A DNA stretch of 64,000 nt from Ignavibacteriales bacterium (GCA_026390595.1 JAPLFQ010000019.1:41860-105859); one strand, 5' to 3'; shown: positions 8,755 through 19,421, counted from the first letter of the stretch. The notes: generated by a model from the sequence alone, not told the origin. Program-made: numbers and translations.

Positions 8755-9998
8755 CATCCTATAATTCGTTTGGAGTCGAACAACAGCAGGTCCTCGAAGC
8801 TGCGAGGATCCTGAACCTGGACAAAGCGACGAGCGACCTGCTTCTTTGGCCGCAGCGCGAATTCAAATTCACCATGCCTGTCAAGATGGACAACGGCGAG
8901 GTGAAGATCTTCCACGGATACAGGATACAATACAACTATGCCCGTGGTCCGGCGAAGGGAGGAATTCGCTTCCACCCGGACGAGACGGTCGATACCATCC
9001 GGGCTCTCGCGGGATGGATGACGTGGAAAACGGCCGTGCTTGATCTGCCGCTCGGCGGCGGAAAGGGGGGCGTGGTCTGCGATCCAAGGCATATGTCGGA
9101 TCGTGAACTCGAAAACGTGGCACGCGGGTATGTGCGGGCAGTGGCCCCGCATATTGGAGTCGACAAGGATATTCCGGCCCCTGACGTATATACGAATCCA
9201 CAGACGATGGCGTGGATGATGGATGAGTATGAGACGATTCTCAATATTCATCAGCCCGGCGTACTGACGGATAAACCGATGCAGATCGGGGGAACAGAAG
9301 GACGACGTGACGCCACGGCGCGCGGAGGTGTCATCAGCGTGAGGGAGGCATGCAAGGTGCTCGGCGTCGATCCGCATGGGGCGTTCGCGATCCAGGGCTT
9401 CGGCAATGCCGGCCAGAGGGCTGCATTGTTACACCAGGAGCTGCTGGGCGGCGGGAAGCTGGTCGCGGTCTGCGATTCGCGGGGAGGCATTTCCAATGTC
9501 GATGGCTTGAATCCCAAGGAACTCGTCATGCATAAGCTCAAGACCGGTTCTGTTGTCGGATTTCCGGGAGCGAAGTCCATCCCGCGCGACTCCATCGTCG
9601 AACTTGACGTACAGGTCCTGTATCCGGCGGCGCTGGAAAACTCCATCAATGATGAAAACGCGGCTTCTATCAAAGCTCGAATCATTTGTGAGTTGGCTAA
9701 TGGCCCGACCACGCCGGAGGCTGATCTTATCCTGCACGAAAAAGGAGTGCACGTGATCCCGGATATCCTCGCAAGCGCGGGAGGAGTTACGGTCTCCTAT
9801 TTTGAGATGGTTCAGGACAAGTATTCGTACTTCTGGGACGAGAAAACCGTCCATCAGCGGCTCGACGAGAAAATTTCGAGGGCGTACCTGACCGTGCAGG
9901 AGGCGATCAAGGAGAAGAAAGTCCATCCGCGCCTTGCAGCGATGGTGGTGAGTGTTGCCCGTGTTGCAGAAGCGTGTAAGCTTCGGGGATGGGTTTAG
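8751..9998 (+). CDS. gdh: Glutamate dehydrogenase, short (~415 aa) Glu/Leu/Phe/Val dehydrogenase class
   Basis: KGGIRFHPDETVDTIRALAGWMTWKTAVLDLPLGGGKGGV, QGFGNAGQ and the C-terminal GPTTPEAD...ILASAGGVTVSYFE are canonical GDH motifs of the ~415-aa subclass. Confidence 0.9.
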   Translation: MTSYNSFGVEQQQVLEAARILNLDKATSDLLLWPQREFKFTMPVKMDNGEVKIFHGYRIQYNYARGPAKGGIRFHPDETVDTIRALAGWMTWKTAVLDLPLGGGKGGVVCDPRHMSDRELENVARGYVRAVAPHIGVDKDIPAPDVYTNPQTMAWMMDEYETILNIHQPGVLTDKPMQIGGTEGRRDATARGGVISVREACKVLGVDPHGAFAIQGFGNAGQRAALLHQELLGGGKLVAVCDSRGGISNVDGLNPKELVMHKLKTGSVVGFPGAKSIPRDSIVELDVQVLYPAALENSINDENAASIKARIICELANGPTTPEADLILHEKGVHVIPDILASAGGVTVSYFEMVQDKYSYFWDEKTVHQRLDEKISRAYLTVQEAIKEKKVHPRLAAMVVSVARVAEACKLRGWV

Positions 9999-10206
9999 AA
10001 GATAGTGAACAGGACACAGTGATTAGAACCTATCTCGAAAATACTCACGCAAAGTCGCGAAGGCCGCAACGCCAAGAATTTGAGTTGGAGTTTCCTGTCT
10101 TTGCGCCAGCCCGCCATGCGGTCTGGTGGGGCTTTGCGAGAAATTCTCTTCTTTTCGAAGTGTTTTTGGGATGTCCTCTAGTGAATGGATGAACACTGAA
10201 GAGCCG

Positions 10207-11376
10207 ATGCGGCCGATGGAAACAGTGCCCAGACCCTTTCTCCTCGTCGTGCTTCTCTTGGCCGCTGTGGGCTGGGGTCTCGCACAGGATATGAAGGTTT
10301 CGGTGCGGGTTGTCCCACCCGCGTCTACACCGCGTGATGCGAAGATTTTCATTGCGGGGAATTCTCCCGCGCTGGGAAACTGGGACCCGGGAAAAGTACT
10401 CTTGATCAGGGAGAACGCTCGGTTGTGGATCTATTCCACCGATGCGCCAGTTGGAAGTGTGCTCGAGTTCAAAATTACACGTGGCAGTTGGAGCTCTGAG
10501 GCCCTCTATGTCGACGGCGCCATTCCCCAGAATACGGTTGTCAAGATATCTTCCGACACCGTGATTACGCTGGCCCCTGTGACCTGGAATGATCTCTCTC
10601 AATCCCGCAAGAACCGTACGCTGGCAGGCGGTGTCACCGGCACAGTCCGGTATCATCGTTCCCTGAAAGGGGAGGGATTGAATTTTGCCCGCGATATTCT
10701 CGTGTGGCTTCCTCCGTCGTACAGAAGGGAACCCGTGAAACGATATCCGGTCCTCTACATGCATGACGGACAGAACGTCTTTGATCCCGCGACGTCGTTC
10801 ATAGGATTTGACTGGCGGGCTGACGAAGTTGCGGACAGTCTGATCCGGGCGCATGCAATCGAAGACATTATCATCGTCGGTATCAATAGCACTCCCGATC
10901 GCATGAAGGAGTATGCGGATACTGAGCTGGGTCGGAAATATGCCAGATTTGTCGTCGATCGTGTGAAACCTTTCATCGACTCCCGGTATCGTACCAAACC
11001 CTCCCGTGAGAACACTGCGGTGATGGGTTCTTCGATGGGTGGATTGGTTTCCATGTTGTTTGTCTTGTGGTATCCGGCCGTGTTTTCCGAAGCGGCCTGT
11101 CTCTCGTCGTCAGTAGGATTCGGAATTGGCGAAAAAGACCTGGAAGAAAGTTTCAACGAAAACCAATTGAGCAAGCACCTGCGCATCTATATGGACGTCG
11201 GTGAGCTCGAGAGGTCCTTGCTCCCCGGCAATGAGGCTCTCGCTGCGTTCCTTCAGAAGAACGGATACGAGTCCGGCAAGAACTTCGAGTACTTTGTCGC
11301 ACAAGGCGCACTGCACAACGAGCAGGCCTGGGCTCACCGGCTGTGGCGCCCCTTGACGTTCCTGTTCGGACGATAG
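10207..11376 (+). CDS. Secreted esterase (putative-esterase/enterochelin-esterase-like alpha/beta hydrolase) with N-terminal Ig-like/CBM-like domain
   Basis: The ORF is 10126..11376. The likely start is the ATG at 10207, followed by a signal peptide (MRPMETVPRPFLLVVLLLAAVGWGLA). Motifs YPVLYMHDGQNVF and GSSMGG (nucleophile elbow) are present, and an N-terminal beta-sandwich-like region precedes the hydrolase domain. Confidence 0.75.
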   Translation: MRPMETVPRPFLLVVLLLAAVGWGLAQDMKVSVRVVPPASTPRDAKIFIAGNSPALGNWDPGKVLLIRENARLWIYSTDAPVGSVLEFKITRGSWSSEALYVDGAIPQNTVVKISSDTVITLAPVTWNDLSQSRKNRTLAGGVTGTVRYHRSLKGEGLNFARDILVWLPPSYRREPVKRYPVLYMHDGQNVFDPATSFIGFDWRADEVADSLIRAHAIEDIIIVGINSTPDRMKEYADTELGRKYARFVVDRVKPFIDSRYRTKPSRENTAVMGSSMGGLVSMLFVLWYPAVFSEAACLSSSVGFGIGEKDLEESFNENQLSKHLRIYMDVGELERSLLPGNEALAAFLQKNGYESGKNFEYFVAQGALHNEQAWAHRLWRPLTFLFGR

Positions 11377-11566
11377 AGACCCGTTGCTCCCCAAAGGACT
11401 TCTGCGTTCAATAATCGAATGTTCGACATTCGAAATTCCCCAGATCATCAGAACCAGTGAATGCTCAACACCGATCAAGGAATGTTGAATGATGAAGTTG
11501 TTTGACCGTCACCCGAGCTTGACCAGACCCCTTGTTCATTCACAAATCTCCTCCCGGAGGATTTCC

Positions 11567-13591
11567 ATGAGACGTATCGCCATCCTATGTGCTGTCCTGA
11601 TTCCGATTGTTCTCGTCCACGCGCAGACGAAACACTCCATCCTGTTTGATGAATTTATCAGCCTCGGCCGGGTCACCGACCCTCAGGTTTCTCCTGACGG
11701 AAGAACCGTCGCGTTCGTCGTGACCTACCAGAACAAGCTGGAGAACAAGTCGAACAGCAATATCTACCTTGTCCCGGTCGATGGAGGATCAGTCCAACAG
11801 CTCACAAATGCGAAGGGGGCGAACAATACGCCACGCTGGCTGCCTGACGGCAAATCACTCGCCTTTGTATCTACCCGCGACGGAGAAGCCCAGATCTGGG
11901 TTGTTCCGGCGACCGGAGGCGAGGCACGCAAGGTATCGACCATATCCACGGGAGCATCAGACCTGCAGGTTTCCCCCGACGGCATGTGGTTTGCCTTCTC
12001 CTCAACGGTGTATCCGGATTGCCCAAACGATGACTGCAACAAGACGCGGATGGAAGAAGCGGAAAAGAGCAAAGTGAAGGCAAAGATCTTCGACAAACTT
12101 CCATATCGGGTCTGGAATTCGTGGAAAGACGGGATGCGCAGTCACTTGTTCGTTATCGCGTCGGCCGGTGGAGAGGCGAAAGACATCACGCCGGGAGACT
12201 TCGATTCTCCGCCGATCGATCTGGGAGGCAACTGGTCCTATGCCTGGTCCCCGGACAGCAAGGAAATCGCGTTTGAGAGGAATACGGATCGGGACATTGC
12301 CATCAGCACCAACAACGACATTTTCGTTGTCCCGGTTACGGGCGGAGACGCAAGGAAGATCACTGACAACGCCGGCAACGATTCCCAGCCCCTGTATTCG
12401 CCCGACGGCAGGTATATCGCATATCTTCAGATGAAACGGGCTGGTTTCGAAGCCGATCAAAAGCAGTTGGTTCTCTACGAGCGTTCTACAGGCAAGAGGA
12501 CAAACCTAACCGAAATGTTCGACTACAGTCTCAATGACGTGGTCTGGTCTCCGGATTCAAAGGTCATCTATTTCAATGCCGATGACAAGAGCAACGAGTC
12601 CATCTTCAGAATGACCATCGCCGGAAAGAAGATCGAGTCACTTCTCGGGAAAGGCTACAACCATGATCTGAGGATGCAAGCCGGAGGGAAGTCGCTCGTG
12701 TTTTCACGCGAATCTATCAACCAGCCTGTGGAGATATACCGGATCGATGCGGATGGGAAGAACATGAAGAACATCACGGGGATCAATGACAGCAAGCTCG
12801 GCCCGATTGAGATGAATCCGAAGGAGGATTTCTGGTTTGAAGGAGCCGGCGGCACAAAAGTGCACGGGTTCCTGGTGAAGCCCCCGGCGTTCGATGCCTC
12901 GAAAAAGTATCCCATGATCTTCCTGATCCACGGCGGACCTCAGGGACAATGGGGTGACCAGTTCCACTACCGTTGGAACGCCCAGATGTTTGCATCACGC
13001 GGCTACGTTGCCGTCTTGATCAATCCGCGCGGAAGCACGGGGTACGGACAGCAGTTCACCGACGAGATAAGCCGGGACTGGGGAGGGAAAGCGTACGAAG
13101 ACCTGATGAAGGGGCTCGACCACGTACTGAAAACCTGTCCATTCATCGATGGGAAGCGCATGGCCGCTGCAGGCGCATCGTACGGCGGTTACATGATCAA
13201 CTGGATCGAAGGGCACACAGACCGGTTCCGCTGCCTGGTGTCACACGATGGCGTCTTCAATCCGAAAAGCATGTACGGGACCACGGAAGAACTCTGGTTC
13301 CCGGAATGGGAGCTTGGCGGTTCACCGTACAAGAACCCTGAGCTGTATGACAAATGGTCGCCGATGGCGTTTGTCAATCAGTTCAAGACTCCCATGCTCG
13401 TTGTTCACGGGCAGATGGATTTCAGGCTGGACGTCAGTGAAGGTTTCCAGTTGTTCACCGCACTGCAGCGGCAGGGCATCAAGTCGAAGATGTTGTATTT
13501 CCCTGACGAGGGGCACTTTGTCGCAAAGCCTGCTAATGCCGAACTTTGGTACAAGACGGTGCTGGACTGGATTGACGAGAATACGAAGTAG
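11567..13591 (+). CDS. S9 family serine peptidase (acylaminoacyl-peptidase/DPP-like) with N-terminal TolB-like beta-propeller
   Basis: The ORF is 11489..13591. The probable start is 11567, with GGAGG upstream and a signal peptide (MRRIAILCAVLIPIVLVHA). Repeated SPDG propeller blades are followed by the S9 nucleophile motif GASYGGYM and HGQMDFRL. Confidence 0.85.
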   Translation: MRRIAILCAVLIPIVLVHAQTKHSILFDEFISLGRVTDPQVSPDGRTVAFVVTYQNKLENKSNSNIYLVPVDGGSVQQLTNAKGANNTPRWLPDGKSLAFVSTRDGEAQIWVVPATGGEARKVSTISTGASDLQVSPDGMWFAFSSTVYPDCPNDDCNKTRMEEAEKSKVKAKIFDKLPYRVWNSWKDGMRSHLFVIASAGGEAKDITPGDFDSPPIDLGGNWSYAWSPDSKEIAFERNTDRDIAISTNNDIFVVPVTGGDARKITDNAGNDSQPLYSPDGRYIAYLQMKRAGFEADQKQLVLYERSTGKRTNLTEMFDYSLNDVVWSPDSKVIYFNADDKSNESIFRMTIAGKKIESLLGKGYNHDLRMQAGGKSLVFSRESINQPVEIYRIDADGKNMKNITGINDSKLGPIEMNPKEDFWFEGAGGTKVHGFLVKPPAFDASKKYPMIFLIHGGPQGQWGDQFHYRWNAQMFASRGYVAVLINPRGSTGYGQQFTDEISRDWGGKAYEDLMKGLDHVLKTCPFIDGKRMAAAGASYGGYMINWIEGHTDRFRCLVSHDGVFNPKSMYGTTEELWFPEWELGGSPYKNPELYDKWSPMAFVNQFKTPMLVVHGQMDFRLDVSEGFQLFTALQRQGIKSKMLYFPDEGHFVAKPANAELWYKTVLDWIDENTK

Positions 13592-13651
13592 CAGGGTATT
13601 CGCTGGTATCTGTCTGCAGTAGTCTGCGTTCTGTCTGCTCGTGTACATAAG

Positions 13652-13683
13652 AAAGCCGCTGCGACTCCAGCCGCAACGGCTTT
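13652..13683. terminator. Bidirectional stem-loop terminator between convergent genes
   Basis: aaagccgctgcg-actccag-ccgcaacggcttt, a 12-bp stem with one mismatch. It is flanked by T/A-rich sequence and sits between the + gene ending at 13591 and the - gene ending at 13726. Confidence 0.5.
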
Positions 13684-13725
13684 CCTTCTTCCCACAACCA
13701 TCCCGGTTGTCCAGGACGGTGTTTC

Positions 13726-14133
13726 TCAGATGTTCTCTTGCTGTTGGTACTCCTGATAGAACAATGCGCAGAGTTTCCGCACGCGATCGTTGCCGTCCAG
13801 CCGGCCTGTCTGCTTGACCGCATAGATACCGACAGGGTCACCGATCTTGATAAGAGCCAGGGCCGCAACTATTCTGCCGCGCTCGTCGGTCTCATTTCTC
13901 AGCATCTGCATCAGGGCAAAGACCCCATTGGGACTTTTGATGTCACCCAGCATATTTGCTGCGCTGACACGCAATCCAAAATTGCTCGAATTTACTCCGA
14001 TGACCAGGTTGGCTTCCACTACTTCCATCTGAAAAGCTGGTTTGCTCACTTGTTTGTCTGTGCGAGCAAAAGCAGACGTCGTGAGGGCCACGGCGAGCAC
14101 GAGGGCCAAAGTGACCAATACCGACCGTTTCAT
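13726..14133 (-). CDS. Small secreted HEAT-repeat-like protein (hypothetical)
   Basis: 135 aa with an N-terminal signal peptide (MKRSVLVTLALVLAVALTTSAFA) and HEAT/PBS-lyase-like repeats (RIVAALALIKIGDPVGIYAV). It is the only convincing minus-strand gene in this region. Confidence 0.55.
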   Translation of the reverse strand: MKRSVLVTLALVLAVALTTSAFARTDKQVSKPAFQMEVVEANLVIGVNSSNFGLRVSAANMLGDIKSPNGVFALMQMLRNETDERGRIVAALALIKIGDPVGIYAVKQTGRLDGNDRVRKLCALFYQEYQQQENI

Positions 14134-14499
14134 AATTCCTCCGGGTTAATGGGTTGTGGGAAAGAATGTGAATCTGTCGCTTCTGGTCCCAGGTTCTTCA
14201 GAATCTCATGGCCTGGTCCAATCAATCTGTCTTCTTCCCCTAAGACGCTCTTCGGTCGTAGGAGTTGGAAGCCTGTGACGAATGAGCCTTCCCTTGGGAT
14301 GAGTGACGCGTCGACACGGGGGAGATGCTGTTCTGAAGGGAATACCGGGGTTACTTTGGCTGCGAATTACGCTCTGCAGGGATGGCTGACCCGTGCCGAT
14401 GTGATCAATTGACATTCAATTCTCCATCCCATACATTATCTGGCGTTAGCGAGCCCTTCACCAACCATTTCGGCCCGCCTAGGGAGGCACTCGAATTCC

Positions 14500-16608
14500 A
14501 TGAAAACCTTCATATCCATAGCCATTTTTTGCGCCATGATCGATCAATCAACTCAGGCTCAATCCAGCTCAACCTCCTTGACGCCTCCGGCAGCGAAAAG
14601 AATCGCCAGGGTGGATACGATCCACAACGATGTCCGGATCGACAACTATTACTGGCTCAGGGACAAAGAGAACCCGGAGGTTATCGCATACCTTGACGCG
14701 GAAAACCGCTATACGGAGGCGATGACGAAGAACATCGAAGGGTTTGAGCAGACGTTGTATAAGGAGATTCTCGGTCGGATCAAACAAACCGATTTGAGCG
14801 TCCCGTACTTATTGGGAGGATATTGGTACTATAGCCGCGTGGAGGAAGGGAAGCAGTACTCCATTTATTGCAGGAAGAAGGGTTCGATGGAGAGCCCTGA
14901 GGAGATTACGCTCGATCTTAATGAACTGGCGAAAGGCCACAAATTCCTCGGACTCGGCCTCTACGAAGTGAGCGATGATGGGAACCTCCTCATCTATTCA
15001 CTCGATACCACGGGCTTCAGGCAGTATCAATGCGGAGTCAAGGATCTGAAGACTGGCAGAATTCTTCCTGACGCTATCGGTCAGGTGAACGGGGCGGTGT
15101 GGTCAGCCGATAACAAGACCTTCTTCTATACGAAGGAAGATGCAGCGAAGCGCCCGTATCATCTGTATCGCCATGAACTCGGTGCAACGCATGACGAAAT
15201 GTTGTACGAGGAAAAGGACGAACTCTATCGGGTGGGAGTCGATCGATCGAGCGATCGGAAATACGTGTTCTTCATCGCGGGGAGCTCCATCACCGATGAG
15301 GTCCATTATCTGGCCAGCGATCAGCCCCGGGGGAAATTCACAACCCTGTACGCACGCGAAGAGGGGCACGAGATGAGCGTGGATCATCGCGAGGGCCTCT
15401 TCTATATCCGGACGAACAAAGGCGCGAAGAACTATCGCCTTGTCACGGTTTCCGACTCCGATCCTCGTCAGGAACTCTGGAAGGAACTCCTGCCTCACCG
15501 TCCGAACGTGAAGCTTGAATCAACCACGCTCTTTCGCAACCACGCTGTCTTTGTCGAGCGCGAGCAGGCCCTCATCAGGTTTGTGACTCATGATTTTCGG
15601 ACTGGCAAGAACTCAAACGTCTCCTTTCCTGAGCCGGTGTATTCTGCCGGGCCCGGGGCAAACCCTGAGTATGATTCCAGAGTCTTTCGATACAACTACC
15701 AGTCGTTCGTAACGCCAAGCTCTGTGTACGATTTTGACATGGAGACCGGGAAGAGCACGTTGCTTAAGCAAACGGAAGTCCTGGGCGGATATGACCCGAA
15801 ACTGTATGTGTCTGAGCGGGTCTACGCGAAGGCTGCAGACGGGGCGATGGTGCCCCTGTCGATTGTCTATCGGGCTGGAATGAAACGCGACGGATCAAAC
15901 CCGCTTGTACTGTACGGCTACGGCGCCTACGGATTCTCGCAATCTGCATCGTTCTCCGTGGTGCGTGTCAGTCTCCTGGATCGGGGAGTGGTCTACGCTC
16001 TCGCGCACATCCGCGGGGGAGGAGATCTCGGCGAGCAATGGAGGGACAATGGCAAGATGTTGAACAAAAAGAACACATTCACCGATTTCATTGCCTGCGC
16101 TGAGTATCTCATCCGGGAGAAATACACGTCGCCCGCGCATCTCGCAATTCAGGGCGGGAGTGCCGGCGGTCTGCTCATCGGTGCCGTGGTGAACATGCGC
16201 CCCGATCTCTTTAAGGTCGCTCACCTTGCTGTGCCGTTCGTCGACGTCGTCAACACGATGCTCGATGAAACGCTCCCGTTAACCGTTCCGGAATTCCTCG
16301 AGTGGGGCAATCCGAAGAAGAAGGACGAGTATGAGTACATGAAGTCGTACTGTCCCTACACCAATGTCGAGGCGAAGGCATATCCGGCCATGCTCATTAC
16401 GACATCGCTCAATGATAGCCAGGTGATGTACTGGGAGCCTGCGAAGTATACCGCGAAAATGCGAGTGACCCGGACGGACAAGAATCCTTTGCTGCTCAAG
16501 GTCAATATGGGAGCCGGGCACGGAGGTGCATCGGGCCGGTACGACGCATACAAAGAACAAGCCTTCAATTTCGCGGTGATCCTGGCGCAGCTCGGCATTA
16601 CGAAGTAG
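14500..16608 (+). CDS. S9A prolyl oligopeptidase family peptidase (oligopeptidase B/protease II-like)
   Basis: 702 aa with a signal peptide, an N-terminal propeller, then YGYGAYG, GGSAGGLL (GGSxGG nucleophile) and a C-terminal HGG, which is classic S9A. Confidence 0.88.
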   Translation: MKTFISIAIFCAMIDQSTQAQSSSTSLTPPAAKRIARVDTIHNDVRIDNYYWLRDKENPEVIAYLDAENRYTEAMTKNIEGFEQTLYKEILGRIKQTDLSVPYLLGGYWYYSRVEEGKQYSIYCRKKGSMESPEEITLDLNELAKGHKFLGLGLYEVSDDGNLLIYSLDTTGFRQYQCGVKDLKTGRILPDAIGQVNGAVWSADNKTFFYTKEDAAKRPYHLYRHELGATHDEMLYEEKDELYRVGVDRSSDRKYVFFIAGSSITDEVHYLASDQPRGKFTTLYAREEGHEMSVDHREGLFYIRTNKGAKNYRLVTVSDSDPRQELWKELLPHRPNVKLESTTLFRNHAVFVEREQALIRFVTHDFRTGKNSNVSFPEPVYSAGPGANPEYDSRVFRYNYQSFVTPSSVYDFDMETGKSTLLKQTEVLGGYDPKLYVSERVYAKAADGAMVPLSIVYRAGMKRDGSNPLVLYGYGAYGFSQSASFSVVRVSLLDRGVVYALAHIRGGGDLGEQWRDNGKMLNKKNTFTDFIACAEYLIREKYTSPAHLAIQGGSAGGLLIGAVVNMRPDLFKVAHLAVPFVDVVNTMLDETLPLTVPEFLEWGNPKKKDEYEYMKSYCPYTNVEAKAYPAMLITTSLNDSQVMYWEPAKYTAKMRVTRTDKNPLLLKVNMGAGHGGASGRYDAYKEQAFNFAVILAQLGITK

Positions 16609-16666
16609 CGGGCGGATACAGAGAATTCTTTCACAGAGACACTCACATACACTGAACGGAGGGACT

Positions 16667-17176
16667 ATGCAGCCCACGCAAATGCAGCCACCGGTTCCAC
16701 CCCCTATGCGGCCAGTTGTACAGTATGCGGGATTCTGGCGAAGATTCGTCGCCCATCTCATCGATCAGGTGATTGTTGGCTTCATCGCACTCGTGCTGTT
16801 CCTTCCGGCTCTTGCGATGTTTGGCATCGGGGTCGGGGCAGGGATGATGGATGAGGATTTCAGCGCCGTCGGTTTTGTCATTGCTGTGATCGCAGCGTAT
16901 CTCGTGGCGATCCTCGCTGTCATGATCCTGGCCTGGCTCTACTTTGCCCTGATGGAGTCCTCGGCAAAACAAGCTACTCTTGAGAAGCTCGCTCTGGGAA
17001 TCGTCGTGACCGATCTCTCCGGCAACCGGATATCATTTGGGAGGGCGACAGGTCGATATTTTGGGAAGATCGTTTCCAGCATGATTCTCAGCATCGGATA
17101 CATCATGGCAGCCTTCACGGAGAAGAAACAGGCACTGCACGATATCATGGCCAGTTGCCTGGTGGTGATGAAATAG
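16667..17176 (+). CDS. RDD family membrane protein
   Basis: The Pro-rich N-terminus is followed by WRRFVAHLIDQVIV (RDD motif) and three TM segments. Confidence 0.7.
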   Translation: MQPTQMQPPVPPPMRPVVQYAGFWRRFVAHLIDQVIVGFIALVLFLPALAMFGIGVGAGMMDEDFSAVGFVIAVIAAYLVAILAVMILAWLYFALMESSAKQATLEKLALGIVVTDLSGNRISFGRATGRYFGKIVSSMILSIGYIMAAFTEKKQALHDIMASCLVVMK

Positions 17177-17225
17177 GCCTCGAACGTCATCATTCGATCA
17201 AACAAAAAACCAAGGAGCGTACCAT

Positions 17226-19109
17226 TTGAGCATCTCACCTCGTCAGAAAGTGATATCGCTGTCGTTCCTCATCGTTGCCTTATCCGCGCTGTTCTTGAGT
17301 GAAGGCCGGGCTCAGGATTCGCTCTACATCAAAGAGCATTACAGCAAAAGTGAATTCTACATCACCATGCGGGATGGCGTGAGGCTCTTTACGTCTGTCT
17401 ATGCTCCCAGGGACACAACCCGGCAATTCCCCGTTATTCTCAATCGTACGCCGTACAGCGTGGGGCCGTACGGGCTAAGCTCAACCCGTAACCGGATGGT
17501 TCCCTCAATGAACGAGGTGCGCGAGGGTTACATCTTCGCTTACCAGGATGTTCGCGGGAAGTACTTGTCCGAAGGGACGTTTGTCGACCTCCGCCCGTAC
17601 AATCCTGCGAAGAAAAGCAAGAACGATATCGACGAAACGACAGACACGTATGACACTGTCGATTGGCTCGTGAAGAATCTTGCCCGCAACAATGGGCGGG
17701 TAGGAATCACCGGCATCTCCTACCCGGGCTTCTATACCACGATGGGAACTATCGACGCGCATCCCGCAGTCAAGGCGACATCTCCGCAGGCGCCCATCGC
17801 CGATCCGTTTGTCGGGGACGATGAGCACCATAACGGAGCCTTCTTCCTCGCTCAGAACTTCGGCTTCTATATGTTTTTCGGGCATCCCAGGCCGTCTCCG
17901 ACCACCCGGACAATGTATTCTTTCCGCCCCTGGACGATGGACTCCTACAAGTTCTTCCTGGCCATGGGCCCGCTGTCGAACGCCAACAAACTGTATTTCA
18001 AAGACAGCGTCGCGATGTGGACGAACATGATGGCACATGAAACATTGGATGAATTCTGGAAGCCTCAGCTCGTCGCTCCTCACCTGAAGAACATCAAACC
18101 CGCCGTGATGACCGTCGGTGGCTGGTTTGATCAGGAAGACATGCTCGGACCTCTCCGGACATACAAGGAGATCGAGAAGAATAACCCGGGAATAGCAAAT
18201 ACTCTCGTGATGGGCCCGTGGTTCCATGGCGAATGGAACGGCGACGAGGGAGAGCGGCTGGGTGACCTCAATTGGGGTTCGAAGACCTCGCTCTGGTTTC
18301 AGGAGAATGTTCAGTTACCCTTCTTCAACTATTATCTGAAAGAGAAGGGGGAAGCCCCCAAAGGAGAGGCTATTGTATTTGAAACGGGTGTGAATGTCTG
18401 GCATCAACTCGATAGCTGGCCGCCGAAGAACTCAATGGAGAGAAGGTTGTATCTGCAGCCAAAGGGGGGGCTATCCTTTGATGCGCCGAAGGAGTCGAAT
18501 GACCAATTCACCGAATATGTGAGCGATCCTGCGAAGCCGGTCCCTCACTCGCGTGATATCCGGCCGGGTGTCTCCCGCGAAGTGCTCGGGGAAGACCAGC
18601 GCTTCGCAGCAAGCCGTTCCGATGTCGTCGTTTTCGAGAGTGACAAGCTCTCATCGCATATGACCATCGCTGGACCGATCGTCGCAAGCATGGAGGTCTC
18701 GACGTCGGGCACAGATTCTGACTGGATCGTGAAACTGATTGATGTCTTTCCTGATGATTCTGCCGGGGTGACGAAATCCGGAGTTCCCGTCGGCGGGTAC
18801 CAGATGCTCGTCCGCGGAGACGTGTTCAGAGGCAAGTTCAGAGAGAGCCTGTCCAAGCCGGTACCGTTCACTCCAAACAGAGTCACGCATGTAGAGTTTG
18901 AGCTGCGCGATGTACTTCATTGTTTCAAGGCGGGCCATCGTATGATGGTGCAGATACAGAGCAGCTGGTTCCCGCTCGTCGACAGGAATCCCCAAACATT
19001 CGTCAACATCCGCACCGCAAAGGAAACGGATTTCCGAAAGGCCACGCAGCGTATCTACCACTCTGCGAAGGATCGCACGTTTCTGAAAGTGCTGGTGTGG
19101 GAGAAGTAG
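17226..19109 (+). CDS. CocE/NonD family hydrolase (S15 Xaa-Pro dipeptidyl-peptidase-like)
   Basis: Signal peptide, then RTPYSVGPYG, GISYPGFYT (Ser nucleophile) and a C-terminal beta-sandwich. The length of 627 aa is typical of the family. Confidence 0.85.
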   Translation: MSISPRQKVISLSFLIVALSALFLSEGRAQDSLYIKEHYSKSEFYITMRDGVRLFTSVYAPRDTTRQFPVILNRTPYSVGPYGLSSTRNRMVPSMNEVREGYIFAYQDVRGKYLSEGTFVDLRPYNPAKKSKNDIDETTDTYDTVDWLVKNLARNNGRVGITGISYPGFYTTMGTIDAHPAVKATSPQAPIADPFVGDDEHHNGAFFLAQNFGFYMFFGHPRPSPTTRTMYSFRPWTMDSYKFFLAMGPLSNANKLYFKDSVAMWTNMMAHETLDEFWKPQLVAPHLKNIKPAVMTVGGWFDQEDMLGPLRTYKEIEKNNPGIANTLVMGPWFHGEWNGDEGERLGDLNWGSKTSLWFQENVQLPFFNYYLKEKGEAPKGEAIVFETGVNVWHQLDSWPPKNSMERRLYLQPKGGLSFDAPKESNDQFTEYVSDPAKPVPHSRDIRPGVSREVLGEDQRFAASRSDVVVFESDKLSSHMTIAGPIVASMEVSTSGTDSDWIVKLIDVFPDDSAGVTKSGVPVGGYQMLVRGDVFRGKFRESLSKPVPFTPNRVTHVEFELRDVLHCFKAGHRMMVQIQSSWFPLVDRNPQTFVNIRTAKETDFRKATQRIYHSAKDRTFLKVLVWEK

Positions 19110-19421
19110 GGGCGGCAGACGCGGGGTTAGGACGACTCATCGTGTGTGATGGGGCTCAATATCGCATCGCATTCTCCCTTTGGTTGAGCGTAATGCGAGA
19201 GACGACAATTGATCTCCTTTGACCGTGTCAGAATTTCCGATCGCGGTAAAAATGTCCGGAACCATGACCGGAGCGCTTTTGATGATGTCACTATCTAAAG
19301 GATATTGACCGCACCATCTCATACCGCTATGGGGCATAGATATTGAATATCTGGGAGCAGCGGATTCCGCATCCTGATGATGGGGAGTACGATTCTTGTG
19401 TACATCCCGGAGAGATAACCC

